DNA of 64,000 nt from Ginglymostoma cirratum (GCA_024137785.1 JAHRHZ010000058.1:18590215-18654214); one strand, 5' to 3'; counted from the stretch's first letter, positions 10,196 to 23,117 are shown. The notes: generated from the sequence alone by a model not told the origin. Program-made: numbers and translations.

Positions 10196-12790
10196 GGTAG
10201 CAAGAACTGCAGATGCTGGAGTCAGAGATAATACAGTATGGAGCTGGAGGAACACAGCAGGCCAGGCAGCAACAGAGGAGCAGGAAAGTTGAATTTTTGA
10301 GTCGGGACCCTTCTTTAGAAATGGGGGAGGGGGAGGGGAGCTCTGGAATAAATAGAGAGAGGACGGTTGGGGCTGGGGTAGCTAGGTGGGATGGTAACAG
10401 GTGAGTGCAGGTACGGAGTGGTGGAAATTGATCAGTGAGGTGGGAGGGGTGGATAGATTGGAGAGAAGACGGACAGGTTGTGTCAGGTCAAGGAGGAGGA
10501 GATGAGAAGGAGGGTTAGTCATGGGATGAGGCCGGGGATGGGGAGATTTTGAAACTGGTGAAATCCATGTTTAGGCCATCGGACTGTAAGCTCCCGAGGC
10601 AGAATATGAAGTGCTGCTCCTCCAGTTTGCGGGTGGTGTCATTGTGACACTGGAGGAGGCCCAGGATGGACATGTCACCCAGGGAGTGGGAGGGGCAGTT
10701 AAAATGGTTCGCGAGTGGAAGGTGTTGAGAGAAACAAAGTTAATGTTTCAAGTTCAACATGACCTTTTTTAGAACTGAAAAGTGTTGGAAAATTATTTTT
10801 TGATATATTTGACAGAGGCAGAGGAGGGGCAAAGGGAACAGATAGTGTGGAAGCTCAGTGCAAAAGACAAAATGGTTATTAATGGGGATGGAAGAGAAAA
10901 AGAGATGTAAAATGGAAGTAAATTAAGGCGTGAAAGGGAGAAAACATTTTTTCTCTATTGACAGCAAAGTAAAAAAGACACAAACAAAATAAGAGGGTGA
11001 GTTGAATGAAGGGGAAGAGAATATAAGAAAAATAGAAAACAGACGTCTTGTGGCCAGGCTCTGAGATTATGGAATTCAATACTGAGACCTCGAGGATGCA
11101 AGTGCTTTAGCAGAAAATGAAGTGAGCTTGTGTCGTGCTTCATTGGATCATTGTAGCTGACCCAGGACAGAAATATCAGTATGAGTGCAAGATGTTTATT
11201 GAAACTGCAAGGAACTGGAAAGTCAGGGCCATTCCTACAGACAGAGTGGAGATGTTCCACAAAGTGGTTACCCTGCCTAAGTTTGGCAACACCACTGTGA
11301 AGGAGACTGCATTGTGGACAGTGAATGCAGTAGACTAGGTTGAAAGAAGTACAAGTGAAACATTGCTTCACCTGGAAAGTGTGTGCGGACAGCAAGGAGG
11401 GAGGATGTGAATGGGCAAGTGTTATACCTTCTGTGAATGCATAGGAAGGTGCTATGGGTGTCTGAGTGAGTGCTAGGAGTGATGGAGCACTAGGCCAGAG
11501 TGTCCCAGATGGAATGGTCACTGTAGAATTCAGAGTGAAGGGGAAAACAGTGTTTGGGGTCCTGGGCAGCGAAGAGGGAAGAGGTGAATGGGCAATGGTA
11601 CACCTTCTTTAATTTCATAGGAAGGCGCCCTGGGGATAGTGAGGAAGCATTAGGAGCAATTGAGGAGTGGACCAGTGTGTTACAGAGAGAACAGTCCTTG
11701 AAGAATGCTGATAGTGGAGGGGAGGGGAAGATGTTTATAAAATGTAGGGTATGCAGGTTTGTTTGATCTTTGTAGGATAATAGGTCAGCACAACATCGAG
11801 GGCCGAAGGGGCTGTACTGTGCTGTACTGTGCTGTACTGTTCTTTGTTCTATGTGTTTGGTGGTCGCATCCTGCTGGAGGTGATGAAATGGTGCACGAGG
11901 ATCCTTTGAATACGAGACTAATGGGGTGTAAAGTGACGACAAGGGGAACCCTATCCATGTTCTGGGAAGGACTGAGAGCAGAAGTGTGGGAAATGGGTCA
12001 GAGGCAGCTGAAGGCCCTATCAACCTCAATGGGAGGGGTAATCCCCCTGTTGAGGAGAAAGGTAATGGAAGGTAGAAACATCAGAACAGAAATGACAGAG
12101 ATGGAGAAACTGGGAAAAAGAAATGGAATCCTTGCAGGAAGCAGCATGTGAGGAGAAGTAATGAGGTAATTGTGGGAGTCAGTGAGCTTTGAAATAGTAT
12201 CAGTGAACAGCCTATCGCCAGAAATGGAAACAGTGAAGTCAAAGAAAGGAAGGGAAGAGTCAGAGATGGACCAGATGAAGGTGAGAGAAGGATGGAGATT
12301 GAAAGTAAAACTGATTAATTTTTCCAATCCTGGATGAGAGCAGGAAGCTGTTTCAAAGACATCATCGATGTATCAGGGAAAACATTGTAGGTGGGAACCC
12401 AAGTCGGATCTGAACAACAAATTACACCACAAAGAGACAGGCATAACTGGGGACCCTGCGGATGGATACCCATTGTGACACCTTTGACTTGGAGAAAATG
12501 AGATGAATTTAAGGAGAAGTTGTTCAAAGTGAGAATGAGTTCAACAAGGTGAAGGAGATGGATAGAGACTGTGCAGGCCTCTTTTCAAGGAAGAAGCAGA
12601 TAGCCTTCAGACCGTCCTGATGGGGAGCGGATGTGTAGAGGGATTGTACATCTATAGTAAAGAGGAGGTGACTATGGCCAGAAAACTGACATTTGTAGAA
12701 CAGACATAAAGCACCAAAAGGATCAAGAATATAAGTGGAGAGTGACTTAAGAAGAGATGATAAGAGAGAGTCCTGATAGGAAGAAATAAG
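10196..12790 (-). mobile_element. Penelope-like retroelement(s): decayed RT plus GIY-YIG endonuclease, two nested 3' ends with hammerhead relics
   Basis: Minus ORFs carry PLE motifs LLFTIDVQSLYTS, NNFSLNSSHFLQVKGVTMG, LPFFDFTVSISGDRL (RT) and FTCTSFNLVYCIHCPQCSLLHSG...HFVEHLHSV (GIY-YIG with Cys motif). Terminal repeats at about 10196-10320 and 10727-10780. Confidence 0.85.
11740..11855 (+). mobile_element. Short CR1-type 3' tail inserted in the Penelope element
   Basis: ...cacaacatcgagggccgaagggg-(ctgtactgtg)x2-ctgtactgttctttgttctatg. Confidence 0.65.
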
Positions 12791-13436
12791 TTCATAAGAA
12801 CATAAGATATAGGGGCACAAAACAGGAGCATGCTGAAATTTTGGGTCTGCCGTTCTGTTTGTGGATTGTAAGAAGAGCAAGGCACTTATGATGCAGTAAT
12901 GGGTTCTAATCCAAACACATAGAACTGAGACAAGCAGCATATACTTGATTTTTTAACTCTGATATGTTAAATGTTGTTCATCACCAACGGAACATGTGTT
13001 GATTGTTCCATTAAGTATTCCATGCTGTCTTCTAATCCAGTTGGAACTATAAAGCAATGTGCCAATTATTTAACATTGTTAAGGAAGGAGCAGCTGCAAT
13101 TGTTTCTCTATCGGCAAAAATACTATAAACAGTGCAGTTGTACATTTGTCTGGCAGTGGAGACAGCCTTGATCCACTTTGGAAAATTTGTAGATGGTGAA
13201 TAGAGTTCAAGATGTAACACAATATGACACAGTAAGGCCTAAGTATAAGAGTGAAGTCAAGTCTAATGCAACCAGGAAAAGGAAAGCTGTCTCATTAAAT
13301 CATCCAAGAAATAGTGGAATTTAAATTAATATATTAGTAGGTTATTTAATGGGCCAATGCTTTGTTTAAAGATATAACTAAGCTCCACTGCGTGTACATT
13401 TTATTAGCATGACTGTAAGAAATTTTGTTTTGTTAG

Positions 13437-13581
13437 GTCTAAACAAATCAGTGACCTGGCAGATGAACTAGATGAACAAGCAAACAGAATAACTGCAAAA
13501 GCGCAGAAAGTTAGTGACCGGGCTCAGCGGATTTACAATGAACTGAACAGCCTCCCTACAATTGATATAGACGTCCTTGAG
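13437..13581 (+). CDS. LAMC2: Laminin gamma-2 coiled-coil exon
   Basis: tttgttag|G TCT...GAG|gtaagt, 145 nt. SKQISDLADELDEQANRITAKAQKVSDRAQRIYNELNSLPTIDIDVLE. Confidence 0.88.
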
Positions 13582-14359
13582 GTAAGTAATATTTGCAAGT
13601 CTGTTTATTGGATGTGGGAGGTGATCTATCCTGAGAATTAGTTCTATGATTTTATGCGGCTGCTTAAACCGATGAAACCTTTCATCTCAAACCAAAGAGG
13701 CACCAATTAACGTTGGAAGCAATAGGGAAGATACTGGAAGGCAAATGAAAAGATATATCCATAATTTCTCTATTATGATAATTACATAGCCATTCGTCAA
13801 CAATGATTGTGAACTGAATTCCTTACATAGAACTAAGATGGGGGTTCTTGGTCTCTGTTATTATTGAAATGGCTCATTAAGTCAGTGTACTGCTCAATGT
13901 GATATAAATTCATAACCATCAGTTAAGCAAATTTCAGATGTAACCTCACAGCTTATGCTGCATTAGCTGAACTCACATGAAGTATATGTGAGATGCTACA
14001 ATTGGCTTCAGCTTCTCTAGCCTAGAGTGCATTAAAAGGAATTTGTTTCTCATGGTTGATGACTATATAATTAATTAAAATAGATGTATGATTGTCTGGC
14101 AAGGACAGTATCAGACCCAGCTGACCCACCTTAATGGATGAGTAACCTACACTCCAGCTTCAGATGGGGAAAGACACTCACTTCTTTTACAATGGGCAAG
14201 AGGAACTTGCAGGAGATAGTGCCTTCATAAAAGTTCCTATTATTTCGAATTCATTTAAAAGCAAGTCCATTGAATTGACATATTTAGAATTATGAACCTA
14301 TTTAAACTTTGACTTTCCCCCTCCCAATATTAGGGTCACTGCATGGATGTGCAGTGAAT

Positions 14360-14932
14360 CTTAGAGTCATAGAGCCATACAGTATGGAAACAGACCTTTC
14401 GGGGGTCCAACTAGTTCACGCCGACAATGTTCCCAAATTAAACCAGTTTCACCTGCCTGCATTTGGCCCATATGCCTCCAAACCTTTCCTATTCATGTAC
14501 TCATCCAAATGACTATTAAATGTTGTAACTGTACCTTCATCCACCACTTCATCTGCCAATTCATTCCATATGCTAAGCATTTTGCATAAATAGTGGCCCT
14601 CCTGTCCTTTTTAAATCTTAAATCACCTTAAAAATACACCCCCTCATTTTGAATTCCCCCACCTTAGGCAAAAGACCTTTGCTATTCACCTTATTTATGC
14701 TCCTCATGATTTTATAAACCTCTATAAAGTCACCCTTCAACCTCCTACGCTCCAGCGAAAAAAGTCTCAGCCTATCCAGCTTATTTTTAAAATTCAAACC
14801 CTCCATTCCCAGCAACATCTGGTACTTCTTTTCTGGACCTTCTCCAGTTTAATAATGTCTTTCCTATAACAGGATGACCAGCACTGCACGCAGTACTCCC
14901 AAAGAAGCCTCACCAACGTCTTATACAATCTC
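14360..14932 (-). mobile_element. CR1 LINE 3' fragment
   Basis: Minus ORF 14618-14818 LDRLRLFSLERRRLKGDFIEVYKIM is the CR1 ORF2 C-terminal signature; tail at 14360. Confidence 0.85.
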
Positions 14933-14986
14933 AGTGTATATTGAAATGTTGTATTTCCAAGTAACTACAAAAATGTGGTAACCATT

Positions 14987-15230
14987 CAGGGATGGCACAG
15001 TGGTCAGCACTGCTGCCTCACAGCACCAGGGATCTGGGTTCAACTCCATCCTTGGGCGACCATCTGTGCAGAGTTTGCACATTTTCCCTGTGTCTTCATG
15101 GGTTTCCTCTGTGCAGGCTAGGTGGATTAGTCATTGGAATTACAGGGATCGGGTGGGATGCTCTTCGTAGGGGTAGAGTGGACTTGATGGGCCAAATGGC
15201 CTGCTTCCACACTGTAGGGATTCGATGATT
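14987..15230 (+). mobile_element. HE1/V-SINE-like tRNA-derived SINE
   Basis: A-box tggcacagtggtc, B-box ggttcaactcc, V-domain-like gagtttgcacattttccctgtgtc...gggtttcctc, CR1-derived tail gggccaaatggcctg...gattcgatgatt. Confidence 0.8.
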
Positions 15231-15420
15231 TCACGAAGGTTCTTTCATCCTCTCCATCTTGTCTTGCTTTGTGAGGTGAGCCCAGATGGCTGACGGTAGT
15301 TGTGAAATTGGGAATAAATACAGAACAGGTAGAGATGACGTTTAAACGTATAATAATGAACATTCTGAGGTTTGCTGGAGCAATCAAAGTGCAAAGTTTA
15401 TCTCTGTTTATACCCCTCAG

Positions 15421-15570
15421 GCTGAAGCAAATGAACTCCAACTCAAAGAAAGTGCCATCGGTCTTGAGCTGAATGGAAAACTTGAATTATACGAAAGATT
15501 GAAGAATAATGTGATGGACTTCCAGAGAGACGTCAGGAAAATTTTAGACAATGGAGAAATAGAGCAAAGG
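15421..15570 (+). CDS. LAMC2: Laminin gamma-2 coiled-coil exon
   Basis: cccctcag|GCT...AGG|gtaaga, 150 nt. AEANELQLKESAIGLELNGKLELYERLKNNVMDFQRDVRKILDNGEIEQR. Confidence 0.88.
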
Positions 15571-16239
15571 GTAAGATCTTCACCACAACTCTGTTAAGTG
15601 AAAGCATTTACTCTGGAAGATTGTTTAATGTGCGATTATTGCTCACTCTGATCAGAGAACTATGTCACTGTTCTAAAAATAAAGGTTGTGCTGTTCTGTA
15701 TGAGATAATATTGTGATAAAACCTGTGCTTCGCTGTTTTGCTGTTTTCCCGCACCAGGATTAACGGTAAAAAAGCTGTTAATAGCGTGTTCATGTTCGTG
15801 AGGTAAATTGCAGTAATAATATTCTTGTTGGTCATGAGCTATTAACATTGAAATAATAAAATATTCTATTTAAACAGCGGTAAGTCTTTTGTTAGATTAG
15901 CCATGATAAAAGATTAGAAGTAAAGCTCTGTTTGACTACCAGGTTACCTTTGCAAACTCAATTCGTTGGCAGTTTCTCACACCAGCTATAGTTTTACTCA
16001 ATCGAACTTGTTGCAATGGTTACACTGAATGTCTTGTTTCTATACATGCCTGTCAATTATAGAACTGAAATATGGAGTATTAAAGGGTGTAGCTAGTAAA
16101 TTTGCACTCATGCTTAAAGCTTTGCTCTTGGAAGCTGATAGGCAAAATTTGGATACAGTGGGCAGTGGATCATTGACATTAATGATAGATCTCAGATCAT
16201 ATTGATCACCAAGCCCAAATCCCTAATATATATTTCTGG

Positions 16240-16742
16240 TTCTTTATTCATCCATGGATGTAGTTTTGCTGCCTCGGCCAGAATTTATCGTAGTTTAGAG
16301 TCAACCACATTGCAGTCCATTTATCACAAGCACCCAACATTTCTTCTCACAAACTTCATCCCACATTGATAGCAGGATTGCAGATCACACCCACTAATGA
16401 CATCTTTCCACTACTATTCCTCATCTTCACCAAAACAATTGTACACCCTGATCTCCTGGACCAAGCTCATCTCAAACTATTACACCAATCCTTAATTAAC
16501 AGCGCCACTCCTCCTTATGTAGGCCCGGCTAGCAAGTGTGGTAGATTTACATCCCTAAAGGACATAAGTGAACCAGATGGGCTTTTACAACAATTGTCAT
16601 CATTAGGCTAGCCTTTTATTCCAGATGTTTATTGAATTGAAATTTCACTGTTTAACATGATGGGATTCAAAACCATTTTCCCAGAATATTAGCCTGGAGT
16701 TCTGGGTTGCTAGTCTATGGACATTACTATTACACTACCGCT
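16240..16742 (-). mobile_element. Deu-domain/SacSINE-like SINE remnant (interrupted)
   Basis: Contains agagtcaaccacattgc and ccctaaaggacataagtgaaccagatgggcttttacaacaat. Related pieces at about 22170-22460 and 57607-57705. Confidence 0.5.
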
Positions 16743-16964
16743 TATGAATTGATCTCTCCCCTAACCTAGCATTCCAGTTCACTTCACCTAGCTGAGCTTT
16801 CATGCCCACATAATTAACTTTGTCTAAATTTAAATGCTAGCCTCAGACTCACTTTTCTCCCTGTCAATTTGGATGTAGAATTCACTCAGATGAGTGGTTA
16901 CTATTAAGCAGTTTGTAGACCATATCCACTTGTCTCTTCTTTTCCTTACTGTTCCTCATCTTCA

Positions 16965-17320
16965 CATAAAAACAAAGAAAACAGGAGCAGGAGGAGATGA
17001 TTTGGGCCTTTGTTGTGCCATTCATTATGATTGACTGATCATCCAACTCAATAGCCTGTTCCTGCTTTTCCCCCTTATCTTTTGATCCCTTTAGCCCCAG
17101 ATGCGAAATACAACTCCTTCTTGAAATCATACAATGTTTTGGTCTTGACTGTTTTCTGTAAGTGGTGAATTCCACAGGCTCACTACTCTCTGGGTGAAGA
17201 AATGTCTCCTTATCTCAGTCCTGAATGGTTTAGCCTGTAACCTTAGACTGTTCTGGACTTCACTGTCATTGGGAATTCCCTTCCTGCATCTGGCCTGTTT
17301 AGCCCTGTTAGATCGCATAA
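16965..17320 (-). mobile_element. CR1 LINE 3' fragment
   Basis: Minus frame LRLQAKPFRTEIRRHFFTQRVVSLWNS, the CR1 C-terminal motif. Confidence 0.8.
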
Positions 17321-17802
17321 ACCAATTTTATATCCTGTTCTCCTGAACCAAAGCCATCTCTAACTGTTGGACCAATGCTACCCTTAATTAACTGTGCTCT
17401 CCCCCACAACCATGACCTGGCTTCCTTGATCATTGTCATATAACTCTCAACATTCAGGATCTAATCCTTGTCATCATGCAGCCACATTGGATCATATTTA
17501 TCAGTCTCAATATTCATTATCAATTAATTTACTTTGTCAAGAATGACGTGCACATTCAGATACAAAGCCTCTAGTTTTGTCTTTTTGCTATCATTGTAAC
17601 ATCTAGTCTGCTCTAATCTTAGGTTTATTCTTGTTTCCCCTTTCTGCCAGTCTCTGACCTTCATTTCCATATTGCTGTTCTGTACTTTTGCCTTGACATT
17701 TACTGAAGCTTAATCCTCTCTCAAGCATGCAGATAAGTTTAATTTATGATTTACTTTTTACTGTCTGTTTGTATAAAGTTGACAAATTTCTTCTCACTGT
17801 AG

Positions 17803-17917
17803 TCTGCTGACTTGTTACATGCCAGAGCGAATGCTGCTAAATACCTGGCTGAAGATGCTGTTAAAAAGGGCACATCCGCATTGGAGCAATTTGATCGTAT
17901 CTTAGCTAACTTAAGAG
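17803..17917 (+). CDS. LAMC2: Laminin gamma-2 coiled-coil exon
   Basis: cactgtag|TCT...AGA G|gtatgt, 115 nt. SADLLHARANAAKYLAEDAVKKGTSALEQFDRILANLR. Confidence 0.9.
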
Positions 17918-19060
17918 GTATGTAACCGGCCTTAATAATTTTAGAATGAAATTGTATTTGGATAACAACTGTTTCATCCACATGGAAAGATTACTATGTG
18001 TTTTACATCAGCCATTTAATTAGCCATCATTCCTTGTTTTTCTCTTGTAAGGTATTTCCTAGTTGTCTCAAAATATAAAGAACAGATTTGCCTCCATTCA
18101 TAATGTAACTGTCTATATGTAAAAGCCTTATGTTCATGACAATATAAATATCATGGTTATTGTTGATTATATATTTAAAAAAAGTAGCAAATCCAGAAAG
18201 AATCCTGAGTCTTCTTGAGAGAACAAGAAAACAAATTTTCTTAAGCTACGATTGTACACATTTTCCGGTGGAGAGTAGTTGAAGAATTCATTCCAAAGAT
18301 ATAATTCAAGAGGCCACCTCATCCCCACAACCCCACATACCTTCCCCTCCCCCAGAATATCTTCATATTCATGCCCACTTTACAGATACAAGTGTCATGT
18401 TAAAATCCCTGTCACTGTCTCTAGGCTAGCAGTCTTGGAAGTTTGAGACTGAGAACAATGAGGATAGAAATTGATACTCCAACTGACTCCAAAGTGTGTA
18501 AGTCTGTCAGCAGGTGTGAAGTGGACCATACTTTCCAAGTGAAAGGGAAAGAGAAAGCTATTGTAATCTGATAGTTTCTGTTACTCATACACTCATAACG
18601 ATATTTTCCATTTATAGCAATATGGAATAAATGGCTTTCTTGGCCCCTTTTTTTTCTCATTCTGTAATTTCAATATTTTCACATAATGGGTAGTGAAAAT
18701 GTTTGGTAGGAAGTGTCTTTGAGATTTGGGCTGAAGATACATTACCAGTGGGCCTTTGCCACATTTAGTGTGGGTTCGCTTGATGCTGACATTAGATGCA
18801 TGGCTTGGAAAATGTTCCATTCTCCAAAGCTAGCATGTTAAATCTCGCAATGCATGAAAATAAATCAGAAATAAGTAATTTATCAAAAGAAAACAAGATG
18901 AGCAGAGGAAAGATTGAGTATTTAATCTCAATGAATATCATTGCTTGTGACTCTTTTTGTTTGAGTAAAATATTGAATTAGATCTGAAGAATGTTCTTAT
19001 TAAGTGTGACGATGTGAACTATTCCAATCTCATTAGACGCTGTTTGGTTTGATTTTGCAG

Positions 19061-19260
19061 ATTTTAACACAAGAGTGATCAGCAATAAAACAGCTGCTGA
19101 AAATGCTTTGAATAAAATACCTGATATCATCAAGACCATTGATGGTGCCAATGCGAAAACTAACCAGGCTGAGAATCAACTGGGAAATGCAGGAACAACT
19201 GCCAATGAGGCAAAGAGGAAAGCAAGTGAAGCAAATGTTATTGCTGCTGATGTTCTGAAG
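19061..19260 (+). CDS. LAMC2: Laminin gamma-2 coiled-coil exon
   Basis: ttttgcag|AT...AAG|gtataa, 200 nt. (D)FNTRVISNKTAAENALNKIPDIIKTIDGANAKTNQAENQLGNA...ADVLK. Confidence 0.9.
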
Positions 19261-20409
19261 GTATAATTTTTTGAAATTCATTTTCAACTCTATAAGCAGC
19301 ATGAAGTCAAAAGTTAGCAAATGTAGCCATCAATTTGCTTCGCAACTTTTTGTTTCTTTGCATGATCTTGAGTCCATGATTGGTTGACTCCTTGTTGAGT
19401 CTTTTGGTTGTTGTCACCTTTCATGGAAATCTTCAAAAATGCAAAAGGAACAATGAGTATTCTATTGATTACAAAAGTCTTCCAATCATTTCATCAGTTG
19501 CCATCAGTTTTATCATTTAAATGTCTCTTATGCTGCATTCCGTATGGTATTCTGTTCTTGAAGATCTTCATTGAATGCACTTCACCAGTTTTTCTTTGTT
19601 AGGCTCATCTTCTTTTCCTATCTGGTAGCGTCTATCCCACTACCACTCTGGCAGGGCTGTATGTCTGGGAGACAAGATACACATCCTCCCAGCCCCAGTC
19701 ATCTCTCTGTTACAACGTTCTGTCAGTGCCTCTAACCAGCCCTCTCTAACACTTTTTCATTGGTCATCTTTTCTCTTCTAGTGCTGCTCATGACCGCGTA
19801 CTGGTAACACTGTTGAGAGACATCGACACACGTGGCACCTTTACAGTTCTCTTCCATGTCTTAGTGACATAGGCTGCAGTTGGTATTCCAATGGACTTAG
19901 AGAGTCACAGCTTTGAGGCCACTTTGTTGTTTTTGGATGTCACCCTGTGGAGACACCGGGAGACTAATACTACTTTGCTGAACCTTGTATTTGTATCAAT
20001 CTGTACATTATCCTCCCTGAGGAGGTTACTTCCAAGGAGGGGAAGTGAGTGACACCCTCAGGTTTCTGTTACCTGATGGTAATGGGGTGAGGGGGATGAG
20101 CCTTGTTACCATCCAATCATCCTCATCTTGGTCTTCTCACAGCAGATGAGGAGACCGGCCTTGACACTGCTCATGACCTGGGATTGTGTTTTGCTGCGCA
20201 CATGATTCTGCAACAGCAAAGCCATTTTGTCTGTCAAATCCAGTTCCATCCATTGCCATGGGATGCCAACATCAGCACCCACTATTGTTTTCTTCATGAT
20301 GAAATCAAAAACCAATACAGTATGCTGATGCTGTCTGGCCTGCTGTGTTCCTCCAGCTCCACACTGTGTTATCTCTGACTCCAGCGTCGGCAGTTCTTAC
20401 TATCTCAGA

Positions 20410-21030
20410 GAATGCAGCCTTGCTGTATTCGGGTGATGATGTTAAAGGTGTCCATTGTGCTAGTGCTAGTCTCAATGCAGCAGACGGAGTCATGATATAA
20501 GGCTTTGAAGGTGTTAATATAGTGCTCCAGAGTTGAAAACTGTCTTGTAATGTCCCAGAGTGACTACCAATGGATACTATCAAAAGGCTTCTTGAAATCA
20601 TTAAATTTATGAACAAGTGGCTCTACTGCATGATGTTTCTGAGCATAAAGACCTGCTCACAGCATGACCTACCACTCCAGAAAGCTGCCTATTCTTCAGA
20701 AAAGGGGCCATCTACTTTGGCTTCCAATCTGTGGAGCAGCAGAGTGATGAAGACCTTGCCGGGTGCTGAGAGCAGGGCTACACCCCTCCAGTTGTTGAAG
20801 TTGCTGAGGGTTCTTTGCTTAGGCAGATTAGCTATTACTCCTTACCTCCGATCATCTGGGGTATCCTCTAAAGTCCAGATCTGGTACAATGGGTCTATGA
20901 GCTGTGCTAATATGGTGATTTTTGGATATGTTTCACTGAGCTGCTGGTGTCTCTTTGATCCCAAATTTCTTGCTCTTCAGAATTTTGATAGCTCTTTGGA
21001 GATCTGATCTGGCACTTTTTCCTAATTTGA
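20410..21030 (-). mobile_element. RTE-clade LINE RT fragment, decayed
   Basis: Minus translation with stops: IWTLEDTPDDRR*GVIANLPK...NNWRGVALLSAPGKVF...EE*AAFWSGRSCCEQVFMLRNI. Confidence 0.7.
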
Positions 21031-21395
21031 CATTTAGTTGCTGAAATGTATTAAGTTCATCAAACTTGAATGTGATGGACATTGAAATCTCCCACCCAGA
21101 GTATGTCCTGTGCCCTTTTTATCCTCAGTGCCTCTTCCAATTGATGTTCAACATGGAGATATACTGTTTCATTGGCTATGGGATGGTGGGGCATTAAGTG
21201 GTAATTCAGGCGGAGATTTTCTTGTCAATGTCTGACCTGATGTTATGAGATTTCATAATGTCTAGAGTCAATGTCAAGGACTCCTGTGCCAACTTTCTTC
21301 TAATGGTACACAGTTGTTTAAGGTTTTAGCAAAGATTTGTAGCCCGGGTTGTGGATGAGGTTGTTGACTTGCTCGCTGAGCTGGCCTGTTTTCGT

Positions 21396-21435
21396 TCAGA
21401 CGTTTCATCACCATGCTAGGTGACATCATCAGTGG
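21396..21435 (-). ncRNA. Minimal type I hammerhead ribozyme motif
   Basis: Minus strand cca-CTGATGA-t-GTCACC-tagcat-GGTGAT-GAAAC-GTC-tga: both catalytic boxes, a 6-bp stem II, palindromic ACGU helix III and a GUC cleavage triplet. Confidence 0.7.
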
Positions 21436-21623
21436 ACCTTCCGATGAAGCGATGTCATTCTACTCTGTTTGGAATTTATACCGTCCGGTCTGTTATGGTG
21501 AGTACTGTCATTTCTGTATACAAACCTGCACAGAACAAAAACCAGAAATGACACTATTCGCCATAACAGACCAGTCGGTATAAACTTCAAGCGGAGTAGA
21601 ATAACATCGCTTTATTGGAGGCC

Positions 21624-21663
21624 TCGCTGATGATGTTATCTAGCATGGTGATGAAACGTCTGA
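21624..21663 (+). ncRNA. Minimal type I hammerhead ribozyme motif (sense to LAMC2 pre-mRNA)
   Basis: tcg-CTGATGA-t-GTTATC-tagcat-GGTGAT-GAAAC-GTC-tga. Stem II is retained with three G-U pairs. Confidence 0.62.
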
Positions 21664-22049
21664 ATGAAAACAAGCCAGCTCGGTAGGAAAGTCAACAACC
21701 TGTACCCCACTGTGTCTGAGTCTGATTTACTGGTGGGATGGGACATACTCAAACATTGTGTCCGAGTTGTCTGTGACATTGCCTTTAAGATACGATCTAG
21801 GAATATGCCTGTGTCAAGTTGAGGCATGTTTAGCTTGTGCGAAACTTCCCCAATTTTGGCACAAGCCAGTAGAGAGTAGTAAGGTAGACTTTGCAGGGTT
21901 GACAGGGATGCATTTATTGTTTTTATTTCCAGTGCCGAGGTCAATGCCTGGGTATCCATTCAGTCTAATTCATTTCTTTAGATTTTGTAACAGTTTGATA
22001 CAACTCAGTGATTTACTGGGCTATTTCAGAGGGCAGTTCAGAGTCAGCT

Positions 22050-22146
22050 GCAAAGAATGCTGGAGAAACTCATCAGGTCTGGCAGCATCTGTGGAGAGAG
22101 AAACAGAGTTAATGTTTTGAGTCCAGTATGAGTCTTCTTCAGAACT
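22050..22146 (-). mobile_element. Penelope-derived short repeat with a decayed hammerhead core
   Basis: Minus: CTGAAGA-agactcatactggactc-AAAAC-ATTAAC. Confidence 0.65.
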
Positions 22147-23117
22147 GGAACATCAAGAAGGTTTGATTGCTTTCAAAGCCCATCTGGTACACTGCTGTCC
22201 TTAAGAGAATCAAAGTTGCCATTCTTGCTTGGTATGACTCCAAATGCAGCAATGTAGTATGAAAGTTCAAGGGTAGTTGGGGAATTTGCAACAGATGCCA
22301 GGATTCTTTGCCAGGAATGCCAATATCCCATCATAGAGTGAAAAAGATCCAGATTTAATAGTTGAACCTAAATTCCACCAGATGACCCACTGTGGTGAGA
22401 TTTGAACCAATATCCTGGACATCTGGATTATAGTTCCAGTGAGTTTGTCAATACACCAGCACTATCTGTGATCCTTCAATTGCTGGAAGGCAAGTTCAGT
22501 CTGATAGAAAGTTTCATGTTGGATATTGGGTGAAGACAGCATAAGGAACTATCACTCACAGTCGATTTGACTGCCGTACTCATCATCTAGCCTTGCGTAA
22601 TTCTTTCTCAGCATAAATCACCTCCTTCAGCAGACAGGATTTTCTTTTAATATCTCCCTTGCAACTGAAAGTAATCTGGCAAAACTCCAGGATGTCAAAC
22701 CAACCTACAATCTGCATTACTCAATCTTAGCTAGTTGTATTTCATAGATGACAGTTCCAAGGTTCAAGCAGCACAAGAACTATCATGCTCCTTAAAATAT
22801 GTAACCATTTCTGTTTGTGGCTTATCTTTAAATTCCTGTTTATTCCCTTAGCATGTATTTATTCAGCTGTATTTTTCGAAAAATGAGTAAACAAAGCAAT
22901 TATATCTGCTACAAATGTGAACAGTAATAAGATATTAATTTTCATTTCTTCTGCACAGTATAATTTATCACTTCAAAGTCTTATTGAATGGGTCACTGTG
23001 CTTTATATTATCACTTGTTGCAGCCTGAATAAATTTTTGTCCAACAGCATCTCTAATTTTTATGTTGACAATAAACTTCAGCATGACCTTGTGCTCTTGT
23101 TTCAATTCTATTAACAG

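Larger units (their letters stand above)
21321..21701. mobile_element. Penelope-type inverted terminal-repeat (palindromic) insertion
   Basis: Arms 21358-21516 and 21543-21701 are 159-nt ungapped reverse complements (26 mismatches) with a 26-nt spacer. PLE-like terminus (acaacccgggctacaaatcttt on the minus strand) at 21321-21357. Confidence 0.8.
21050..22045 (-). mobile_element. Old LINE APE-endonuclease fragment, interrupted by a Penelope palindrome
   Basis: Minus translation LHVEHQLEEALRIKRAQDILWVGDFNVHH (GDFN motif). Confidence 0.65.

Noticed and set aside
14987-15060. tRNA gene
   Set aside because: The A/B boxes belong to a SINE head that continues into a SINE body and CR1 tail; no full cloverleaf.
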